Shown here: piece by piece, positions 1-7,076 of the stretch
Layout of the letters: each line of letters starts with the position of its first letter
How positions within the stretch are numbered: position 1 is the stretch's first letter
IMG/VR virus record: IMGVR_UViG_3300047447_000196
Location: 1-64,000 of that record
From: a virus
Taxonomy: Duplodnaviria > Caudoviricetes
Reading direction: 5' to 3' (one strand)
DNA: 64,000 nucleotides
Program-made: the position numbers and the translations under genes
Notes under the pieces: model-generated
The model's input: only the letters and a program-made list of their open reading frames with translations
Told to the model about the DNA's origin: nothing
Database searches by the model: none

Positions 1-439
1 CCTTCATCTCGACCAGGGGCGTCCTCACGATGGTGAGCAGCAGCACCGCTTCGCTGGCGGGCGCCGGGTGCAGCAGGATCGAGCCGGTCTGGTAGTCGGT
101 GATGAACACCAGCGGGACGGCCGGGGCAGCGTTGCGCCAGTACGGGTTGTGCTCGTCCATGTCCTGCACGGTGCGGCGGAACAGCGGCCGGCCGCCCATC
201 AGCTGGGCGCGGCGGATGAACAGCACCGCCGGGTCGAGCGCGATCACGCCGGCGTCGAGCGGATCGACGTGCAGCTGGGTCAGCGCGCTGGACGAGTCGA
301 CCAGCAGGCGCGCACGGCGGCAGGCCTCGGCTTCGGCGTCGTTGGCGAACTCGATCAGTTCCTCGTCGCTCCACAGGTACGGCTCGGTGGCGTCGTCGGC
401 TTCGTTGCGAAACACCGTAATCAGTTCCTGCAGGGTCAT
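1..439 (-). CDS. Putative head-tail adaptor/virion protein (runs off the left edge)
   Basis: Not in ORF track. Translated by hand: MTLQELITVFRNEADDATEPYLWSDEELIEFANDAEAEACRRARLLVD..., resembling phage adaptor N-termini. Follows the capsid cluster. Confidence 0.6.
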   Translation of the reverse strand, partial: MTLQELITVFRNEADDATEPYLWSDEELIEFANDAEAEACRRARLLVDSSSALTQLHVDPLDAGVIALDPAVLFIRRAQLMGGRPLFRRTVQDMDEHNPYWRNAAPAVPLVFITDYQTGSILLHPAPASEAVLLLTIVRTPLVEMK

Positions 440-443
440 GGCG

Positions 444-2048
444 TCACTCCTTCCACTCGTGGTACACGGCCTCGACCTCGTCGAAGATCGCGGCCGGCGT
501 GATGTCGACCTGGCACTTGGCCGCGCCGGTGGCCTCGTCGATGTTGCAGTAAGCCCGGCCGTAGTGCAGGCGGTGGCACGGGTAGCAGCTGGTGCCGGCC
601 GGGGCCAGGGTACGGGTGTTGAACCAGTGCTTGGTCAGGTTTTCCTTGGAGCTGTGCGACAGCATGATCACCTTGGCGACGTCTTCCTCGAAGGCGACGG
701 CGTTCAGGACGCCCGTCTCCGGGCCGATCACCAGGTCCACCTTCTGCGCCAGCGCCAGGGTGTCGCGGATGCCCATCTTGCCGCTCTCGCGGTACACGCG
801 CGGTTCGAGTTCCCAGCCACATTCGAGGATCTGGCAGGCCTCGTCGCCGGTCAGGATGATCACGGCCTCGGGAATGTCGGTCAGGATGCGGGCGACGACG
901 GCGTCCATGTGCGGCGTGAACTTGTGCACCGAGGAACCGGCCAGCGCCCACATGATGGTGAACACCTTCGGGCTGGCCATGCCGATCATGAGGTCCTTCT
1001 GCGGGCGCCGCGCCAGCTGGATCGCGGTCAGGAAGCCCCGGGCCTTGCCCGCTTCCTCGGCGGTCGGGTAGAAGCGCGCCTCCGAGTAGTACGGTAGCTC
1101 GGCGAGGTAGCTGGTCCATTCCAGGTAGTTCTTGTTCAGGACGACCTGGCGCACAGCTTGCGGCCACATGTGGTTGGCCCGGCCCGGCATGGCCAGCAGC
1201 GTACCCTCGACGGACTCGGACAGCTGCACGAACTTGTCGTAGCGCTTCGCCAGGGCTTCCCAGTACAGCGGCAGCTCGTGGTTCGGCACCAGGTCCGGGT
1301 CGAGGATCACGAAGTCGTCGATGTGCGGGTCTTCGCGCACGATGTCGTGGCCGCCCGGCGTGGTCACGACCGTGACGTGGTAGCCCTGGCGTTTCAGTTC
1401 GGGGAAGATGTTGGCGGCCTGGATCATGTCGCCGAATCCGCCCGCGCGGAACACGCACGCGGTTTTTTCCGGGCGCGGGTTTTTATAGGTCGCGCGGCAG
1501 TCGATCTCGGCCAGCTTCTGCACGACCAGGAGAAAACTGTACTCCATGCCGCCGGTTCGGGTCTCGTTGATGACCACGTCCATGCCGGTCTGGCTGCTGG
1601 CGGCCACGCTGGCGATGTGGCCCAGCACGTCCTCGGGCGTGAAATCGTGCTTGTGGTCGGGGTTGGCGCCCGGGGTGCCGATCCGGGGGTAGTGGTCCCG
1701 ATGCGGAAGATATAGGACGAGGTGTCCGTTGGGTTTTAGGACACGCCACCATTCCTTGAGCGCGGCCTCGGTGTCGACGATGTGCTCGAGCAGGTGCGAG
1801 GAGAACACGGCGTCAACAGCCGCACTCTCGAAGTCGCCGAGGTCGGCGCAATCCTTGACCTTGAGATCGGGCTGGATCTGGATGCCGAACAGTTCGGTAT
1901 CGACGCAGCTGTCCACGCCGACGACGTGCGGTAACACCTTGCGTGGACCGCACCCGAGATCGAGCACGGTGCCACGCAGGTACTGCACGACGTCCCAGAC
2001 CACCTTGCGGGCTTCCTCGCCCTGCGGGTCATCCGGGCGCCAGGTCAA
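444..2048 (-). CDS. Class I SAM methyltransferase fused to GT9 (heptosyltransferase-like) glycosyltransferase
   Basis: N-term VLDLGCG...VFSSHLLEH...EWWRVLKPNG. C-term RAGGFGDMIQ...DLVIGPETGVLNAVA, which is GT9-like. Confidence 0.85.
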   Translation of the reverse strand: MTWRPDDPQGEEARKVVWDVVQYLRGTVLDLGCGPRKVLPHVVGVDSCVDTELFGIQIQPDLKVKDCADLGDFESAAVDAVFSSHLLEHIVDTEAALKEWWRVLKPNGHLVLYLPHRDHYPRIGTPGANPDHKHDFTPEDVLGHIASVAASSQTGMDVVINETRTGGMEYSFLLVVQKLAEIDCRATYKNPRPEKTACVFRAGGFGDMIQAANIFPELKRQGYHVTVVTTPGGHDIVREDPHIDDFVILDPDLVPNHELPLYWEALAKRYDKFVQLSESVEGTLLAMPGRANHMWPQAVRQVVLNKNYLEWTSYLAELPYYSEARFYPTAEEAGKARGFLTAIQLARRPQKDLMIGMASPKVFTIMWALAGSSVHKFTPHMDAVVARILTDIPEAVIILTGDEACQILECGWELEPRVYRESGKMGIRDTLALAQKVDLVIGPETGVLNAVAFEEDVAKVIMLSHSSKENLTKHWFNTRTLAPAGTSCYPCHRLHYGRAYCNIDEATGAAKCQVDITPAAIFDEVEAVYHEWKE

Positions 2049-2248
2049 GCTGGCTCCTGCAGCTGGACGTCGAGCTGGGTGGCAGCGGCTTTCTTGCCCG
2101 CCTTGGCCGGGGCCGGCGCGGGGGCCGCATCAAGCGACACCCACGCCTTGCCGCCGGCGGTGAAGTAGACGCCGCCCTGCTCGAAGGCGCGGCCTTCGTT
2201 GTCGTTCACGACCTGGGCGTAGGGCTTGTTGCGATCGAGTTCGGGCAT
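2045..2248 (-). CDS. Hypothetical protein
   Basis: MPELDRNKPYAQVV..., coupled to neighbouring genes in the late operon. Confidence 0.5.
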   Translation of the reverse strand: MPELDRNKPYAQVVNDNEGRAFEQGGVYFTAGGKAWVSLDAAPAPAPAKAGKKAAATQLDVQLQEPA

Positions 2249-2252
2249 GCGC

Positions 2253-2495
2253 TTACTCCTTGAACGTGTGGGTCGTCTTGCCGAAGGTCGGGTCGGTGGC
2301 GTGGCACTGCTCCATCGGGTCGCTGCCGGTGCCGGACAGGCCGCCGAGGCGGTTGATGTCGTCGAGGCCGATGCCGCGGCCATCCAGTTCGGTCTTGACG
2401 CCGGTCATGCCGGTGCCGGTGCCACGATCGGGGACGGGCTTCCTGTCGCCCATGACGACGCCGGTGCCGTCGGGCTTGTAGTTCGATTCGGACAT
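2253..2495 (-). CDS. Hypothetical protein
   Basis: MSESNYKPDG..., with a KEN-encoding purine-rich RBS (AAGGAG) upstream. Confidence 0.55.
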   Translation of the reverse strand: MSESNYKPDGTGVVMGDRKPVPDRGTGTGMTGVKTELDGRGIGLDDINRLGGLSGTGSDPMEQCHATDPTFGKTTHTFKE

Positions 2496-2520
2496 GCTGT
2501 TCTCCTTGGGGTGAGACGGA

Positions 2521-2772
2521 TTAGCGCTCGTTGCCGCGGGGGCGGTGCGCGAAGCCGGGGCGCTCGGCGAAGATGTCGCCGACATAGTTCTCGCCGTCGT
2601 CGGCGTTCTGCGGCAGCCAGTGCGGGACCGTTTCCGGGTCCGGCTCCTTGCTGAACCCGCGGGCCAGGTCGGCCAGGCTCAGATCGTTGCCGGTGCCCGA
2701 GCCGCCGGTCAGGCTGGCGTTCGAGGATTTGAGCGGGCCGCTTTTATTCAGCTCGCTGTTTTCGATGGTCAT
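2521..2772 (-). CDS. Hypothetical protein downstream of capsid gene
   Basis: 83 aa ORF with GGAGG RBS. Confidence 0.55.
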   Translation of the reverse strand: MTIENSELNKSGPLKSSNASLTGGSGTGNDLSLADLARGFSKEPDPETVPHWLPQNADDGENYVGDIFAERPGFAHRPRGNER

Positions 2773-2803
2773 GGAGACCTCCTGGTTACTGTGATCGTCA
2801 CGT

Positions 2804-2841
2804 AAAAACGCCCGCCCCGCCGTGAGGTAGGGGCAGGCGTT
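2804..2841 (-). terminator. Intrinsic terminator after major capsid gene
   Basis: AACGCCTGCCCC...GGGGCGGGCGTT hairpin followed by T-run on minus strand. Confidence 0.55.
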
Positions 2842-2853
2842 CAGGGACGCTGC

Positions 2854-4304
2854 TTACGCAGCGCTGTCCCAGCGCACGATGCGGGCGTTGGCGGCCTGCG
2901 TCTGCACGATGCCGAAGCCACCCAGGTAGTACCACGCGATACCGCGCGAACGACCGTAGTCGCTCGGGATGGCGCCGCGCATTTCTTCCGGGATGACGAT
3001 GCCTTCGGCGACGGTGTCGTTGCCGAAGAAGTACGCCCAGTTGGACTGGCCATTGGTCCAGGCCGCCTTGGCGATGTTGGTCTGCTCGACGAAGCGAACC
3101 GATTCGTAACGGCCGATTTCGCCGTTCAGGATCATCTGGAAGCCGGCGTCCACGTACTGGTGGACCGCTTCCAGGTCGTTCTTCACCTTGCGGAAGGTGG
3201 TCGGGTGCGCCAGCGAGATGTAGTCATCCCCGGTATACGGCGGGATGTTGCGTTCTTTCATCACATCGACGATGGCCTTGATGTGATCCTTGCCCAGCGC
3301 GACGTTGTTGGTGCCAGCGGCGGTGCCGTTGGTCGACAGCGTGACCGAGTTGGTCGAGGTGCCGCCGGTGGCGACCACGCGCAGCGGGGTCAGGCGGAAC
3401 TGCGCTTCGGCGGCGATGTCGAACGCCTTCTTCGCATCGTTCTTGAGCACCTTGGCGATGATCTCCTTCACCGGCTGCTCGGACAGATCGTCCAGCTTGC
3501 TGGTGTAGGGGACCGAGTTACCCATTTCGGTAACGGTCATGGTGCCCTGAGTGATGACGAAGTTCGTCGTCGGCATGGCGGTGCCCTCGGTGAGGGTGGT
3601 GCCCTGCGTCACGACGTCGCTGTAGATGTTCCAGTGGAACGCCTCGCCGATGCCCTTGCCCTGGACAGCGGCGTCCTTGATGTCAGCGAACTGCAATCTG
3701 TTACTTGAAGGCCTGGCGGTGCACTGCCAGGCGGGCGGTCATTTCTGCCGCCTCTCCGTCTTTGCTGACGTTAGCTTATACGGAGTTCGGACTATCGCAT
3801 CCCTGTTGCCAGGGCCTTCCCGCTTAGTCTCTCAGGCTGCACGGCCTTGCGGCCTGCTTGCCCCTTGTCGCCCCGCTACAGGGCTTCCAAGTCGATCAGG
3901 GAGGGTTTTAATTCCGCCAGCACTTAACGGAACTTGGTGAGGGGCTGCACGGACATGCGCAGCACTTTCGAGAGGTTGGGGGACCACATATAGCCCATGA
4001 TGTTCGCACGGTGTCGCTACCACCGCGCCGCCGGTTCCCAGGCCGGCTGCTTACCGTTTCCGGCAAGATCAGATCATTTCATCGTCCGCGTGGGACGCCA
4101 TGCACTTCGGGACCGCTTGGCCCCTACTCCCGCCTCCGGGATGATCGTTGAACGTTCCGGCTTGCGCCGGCTTCGCTGCAGATTGCCTTCGCCTTCACGC
4201 GGTCAGGGTTCCCTGCAATTCACACGGTTATCAGTCGCCGATTACTCGGCGACGGGGCAGTAAACTTTACCCAGGCTGTTCGTCAGCCAGACTTGACCTG
4301 CCAT
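2854..4304 (-). CDS. Major capsid protein (N4-gp56-like), spliced from 3 exons: 4304-4269, 3995-3927, 3693-2854; 314 aa
   Basis: Joined exons read in frame: MAGQVWLTNSLG|GYMWSPNLSKVLRMSVQPLTKFR|QFADIKD...TEMGNSVPYTSKLDDLS...GEIGRYESVRFVE...DYGRSRGIAWYYLGGFG. RBS AAGGAG before ATG at 4304. Directly follows the scaffold gene. Confidence 0.9.
3694..3926 (-). ncRNA. Group I intron 2 in capsid gene (233 nt, no ORF)
   Basis: Exon ends in U and intron ends in G. P1 UUCCGU:GCGGAA with U.G at the splice site; P10 CAG:CUG; P7 GACUA (3829-3825):UAGUC (3794-3790); P8 CCCUG-GCAA-CAGGG; GGCC-GCAA-GGCC hairpin; R-like CUGAGAGACUA and S-like AUGCGAUAGUCC. Confidence 0.9.
3996..4268 (-). ncRNA. Group I intron 1 in capsid gene (273 nt, no ORF)
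   Basis: Exon ends in U and intron ends in G. P1 GGGU:GCCC with U.G; P/Q-like AAUUGCAGGGAA and AAUCUGCAGCG (P4 UUGCAG:CUGCAG); P7 GAUCA (4146-4142):UGAUC (4071-4067); P9 CUUGCCG-GAAA-CGGUAAG. In-frame TAA at the 9th codon of the intron blocks readthrough. Confidence 0.88.
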
Positions 4305-4346
4305 AATATTTCTCCTTAGATTGCAAAAATGATGGATTTGCGCCTG

Positions 4347-5396
4347 TCAGCCCGCGCGCGCCGCCCTCATGGCGGCGATGATCGAGGACGCATCCTCGGG
4401 CGTGGTTTCGGTGGGCGCGGTTTTGGTGTTGATCGACGTCACGTTGTCGATCGTTCGCTTCTGCTCCAGCTTTTGCGCTCGGGAGGACGTGGTCGGGGCA
4501 GGATCTTCGCGGCGGCCCGGTTCCTGTACGGCGCTCCATCCGAACTTGGTAGCGAGTTCCTTGCTGACGGTGTCCAGCGCGGCGAAGAAGTCGGTGCCTT
4601 CTTCTGCCTGCTTGCGCTGGATCTTGGCCAGGGCCAGGGCTTCGATGTCGGGGTCGGCGTACATCTCGGGATAGTCGTGACGGTTCTGCGTCAATACACT
4701 CTCTACGACGAGCTTCTGCTGCACGTTGTGCGTCACCGCCTGGGCGATCTGGTCGACGTCGAGGATGGGCGCAGCTGCTTGAGCCTGCTGCCGTCCAGCC
4801 AACATTTCGTCCAGTTTGGTGAGCGCACTTTCTTCATCACCCTCAAAGAGGGCCTTGAGGAAATCTTTGCGGGCGGCGACGGCGTCGACGTCCGCGGGAT
4901 CGGGTTCGCGGGCCTGCTGGCCCTGCTGTTGCTGCAGCTGTTCCTGGTACTGCAGCATCTGCTGCTCGCGCAGCAGGCGTGCCGCCTCGGCTTCCTGGGC
5001 CTCGCGCAGGAGGCGCGTGGCTTCGGCCAGGCGTTTATCGGCGGCTGAATTCTTCTGGTACTGCCTGACGACCTCGTCGACCGGGACTTCGATCTCCTCG
5101 CCGTCGATCTTGACCTTGACCAGGGCCGGCGCGGCGGCGGATGCCGGGGCCGGTGCGGCGGCCGGGTCGTTCAGCTGGGCGTCCAGCTGGGAGGCAGCGG
5201 GTGCGGGTTCCGGCTCGGGCGCCGGTTCGTCCGGCAGCTGCCAGCCGTTCTGTGCGGCCATTTCGGCCTGGTGGCGCGCTTCGAGGGCTTCGAGGGCCTG
5301 TTCGCGCGCGGTCTTCTGCGGTGCTGCTTCTGCTGCGGTTTCTGCCGGTGCTGCGGCGACTTCATCGTTTTGCACGTCCGATTGGATAGCGCTCAT
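4347..5396 (-). CDS. Capsid scaffolding protein
   Basis: Acidic coiled-coil protein with VKVKIDGEEIEVPVDEVVRQYQK...ADKRLAEA motif, between portal and capsid. Confidence 0.8.
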   Translation of the reverse strand: MSAIQSDVQNDEVAAAPAETAAEAAPQKTAREQALEALEARHQAEMAAQNGWQLPDEPAPEPEPAPAASQLDAQLNDPAAAPAPASAAAPALVKVKIDGEEIEVPVDEVVRQYQKNSAADKRLAEATRLLREAQEAEAARLLREQQMLQYQEQLQQQQGQQAREPDPADVDAVAARKDFLKALFEGDEESALTKLDEMLAGRQQAQAAAPILDVDQIAQAVTHNVQQKLVVESVLTQNRHDYPEMYADPDIEALALAKIQRKQAEEGTDFFAALDTVSKELATKFGWSAVQEPGRREDPAPTTSSRAQKLEQKRTIDNVTSINTKTAPTETTPEDASSIIAAMRAARAG

Positions 5397-5434
5397 TGAT
5401 TACTCCTGGGTGATGCGCCCGCGGGCTGCGGGCG

Positions 5435-5502
5435 AAAAAAAACCCGCTTCGAGGGCGGGTCTGAAACTGGGCGTAAAAAAACCCGCTGCGTGAGCGGGTT
5501 TC
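5435..5502 (-). terminator. Two tandem intrinsic terminators
   Basis: ACCCGC-stem hairpins, each followed by a T-run on minus strand (5435-5460, 5475-5502). Confidence 0.75.
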
Positions 5503-5519
5503 AGGGGGAAGCGGCGGAT

Positions 5520-5849
5520 CTAGTCGGGCCGGGGACCGTGGCGCGCTTCGAGCTGGCGGTTGTGCTCGAGGATCATGTCGCAGTAGCGGCGCAGCGCATC
5601 GACCGCGTACAGATCCGGCAGGCGAATCGCAAACAGGTCGTGCTGGCCCTGCATGACGGCCAGCGTTACTTCCTCGTCGGCGCCAAGGGAGTGCCAGCAG
5701 CGCAGCGCCACCTCGCCGCCGCCGACGCCGAAGCTCTCGCCCGGTGTGAAGATGGCTTCGAGCGCCCGGCTCAGGTCGGGGGAACGAATGCCGAACTCGT
5801 CCGGCCCGTCGTACTGGATCTGGCAGTGTCCGATCGTCAGCTCGTTCAT
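5520..5849 (-). CDS. Hypothetical protein (paralog of 5846-6202)
   Basis: MNELTIGHCQ..., shares VDALRRYC[DE]MIL.HN with its neighbour; ATGA overlap. Confidence 0.7.
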   Translation of the reverse strand: MNELTIGHCQIQYDGPDEFGIRSPDLSRALEAIFTPGESFGVGGGEVALRCWHSLGADEEVTLAVMQGQHDLFAIRLPDLYAVDALRRYCDMILEHNRQLEARHGPRPD

Positions 5850-6202
5850 GCCTGCGCTTCCTGCCTTTCCAGCGCAACCGCAGCGTCCTCGTCGAAGCCG
5901 CTGTTGTGGACCAGGATCATTTCGCAGTAGCGGCGCAGGGCGTCGACCTCGCACATGTCGCGCAGGTGGGCCGTCAGCACCTGGTTGCCGTCCTTCTGGA
6001 TCGTGATGTACATGCCCTGGTCGGCGCCGACTTCGTGCTCCAGCTGCACGGTGCAGGGATGGAAAAATTCGTCTTCACGGCCCGGCTGCACGAACACGCC
6101 GGTCAGCGCTTGCGCCAGCTCCGGGAATGCGAGCGGGTCGTGTTTTTCGTCGCGCAGTTCCTGGAACATCGCGTCACACTGGGTCAGGATCATTTGGGTC
6201 AC
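5846..6202 (-). CDS. Hypothetical protein (paralog of 5520-5849)
   Basis: GTG start after GGAGA; VDALRRYCEMILVHN. Confidence 0.7.
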   Translation of the reverse strand: MTQMILTQCDAMFQELRDEKHDPLAFPELAQALTGVFVQPGREDEFFHPCTVQLEHEVGADQGMYITIQKDGNQVLTAHLRDMCEVDALRRYCEMILVHNSGFDEDAAVALERQEAQA

Positions 6203-6277
6203 GGTTATTCTCCACAAGTTGTTGGGAGGATAATCTTGTGCCCGCCCGGCGGCTCGGTCAAGGCTAGACCTGCGGGT

Positions 6278-6505
6278 CTAGCCAAGTATTTTTACTTCGC
6301 TTTCCGTTTCTACCCATACGCGCGCTCCACAGGACAGCGGCTTGTCGGGGGAGTAGACGATGCGGGACGGCCCGAGGATCTCGACCTCGTAGGCGTAGGT
6401 ATTCGATTTGTAGGTCTTGACGGTCAGGACCGGGGCCTGCTGGTCGGCCGGCTTGCCAGCGTTGGCGCGGATCTTGTGCTGGTTGACGTGCACGATCGTC
6501 TTCAT
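6278..6505 (-). CDS. Small phage hypothetical protein
   Basis: MKTIVHVNQHKIRAN...KPLSCGARVWVETE resembles a recurrent phage small-protein family. Confidence 0.7.
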   Translation of the reverse strand: MKTIVHVNQHKIRANAGKPADQQAPVLTVKTYKSNTYAYEVEILGPSRIVYSPDKPLSCGARVWVETESEVKILG

Positions 6506-6771
6506 TCGTCACCGAACAGGTAGAGGAACACCGGCGAACCTTCGCCGACCCAGCTGCCGGCGATGTTGAAGTCGAAGTGTTCCTGCGCCTCGTCCTCGTC
6601 CATGCCGTGGTGGTCCATCAGGACCTGCAGCACCTTCTCGACGTCGTAGGCGGCCACGCGCAGGTTGATGCGTTCGGCGATGCCGATCACGCAGGGGTCG
6701 AACAGGTCGCGCGGCTCCAAGAGCATCGCGTCGTCGCCGTCCAGGATCTCGTCGATGTCTTCGCTCAGCAT
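6502..6771 (-). CDS. Phage hypothetical protein
   Basis: MLSEDIDE...EAQEHFDFNIAGSWVGEGSPVF; TGATG coupling. Confidence 0.7.
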   Translation of the reverse strand: MLSEDIDEILDGDDAMLLEPRDLFDPCVIGIAERINLRVAAYDVEKVLQVLMDHHGMDEDEAQEHFDFNIAGSWVGEGSPVFLYLFGDE

Positions 6772-7076
6772 CACTCGCCCTCCTGGCTTTGCAGCTCGGC
6801 CTCGGCGGCCTGGCCGGCGATCTTGGCTTCTTCCAGCCAGTCGGCCACCGAGTCGGCGCGCTGCACGACCAGCTGCAGGCCGCGGATCTGCTCGACGTCG
6901 GCGGCCGGCACGTAGGCCAGCGCCTCGAGCGCGGCCTCCCTCTCCTGTTCGGCGCGGCCCAGCAGGTACTGGCCGACCGGCCCCTCGATGAAGGCCGTCA
7001 CGTCCAGGCCGAACTGCACCGTGTGCAGCAGCTGGCGCACCTCCGGGGGAAAGCGCGAGAAGTCGATTTCGATCAT
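6771..7076 (-). CDS. Hypothetical protein downstream of portal
   Basis: 101 aa helical ORF overlapping the portal stop. Confidence 0.7.
   Translation of the reverse strand: MIEIDFSRFPPEVRQLLHTVQFGLDVTAFIEGPVGQYLLGRAEQEREAALEALAYVPAADVEQIRGLQLVVQRADSVADWLEEAKIAGQAAEAELQSQEGE

Noticed and set aside
2854-3696. 280-aa capsid ORF with TTG start as the complete gene
   Set aside because: The TTG is the last three bases of intron 2, there is no RBS, and the N-terminal capsid sequence is found in two upstream exons.
3694-4268. Capsid pseudogene, IS/MITE insertion or group II intron as explanation of the interruptions
   Set aside because: No terminal inverted repeats or target duplications, and no GUGYG...AY ends. 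Precise in-frame restoration with U|...G| boundaries fits group I introns.
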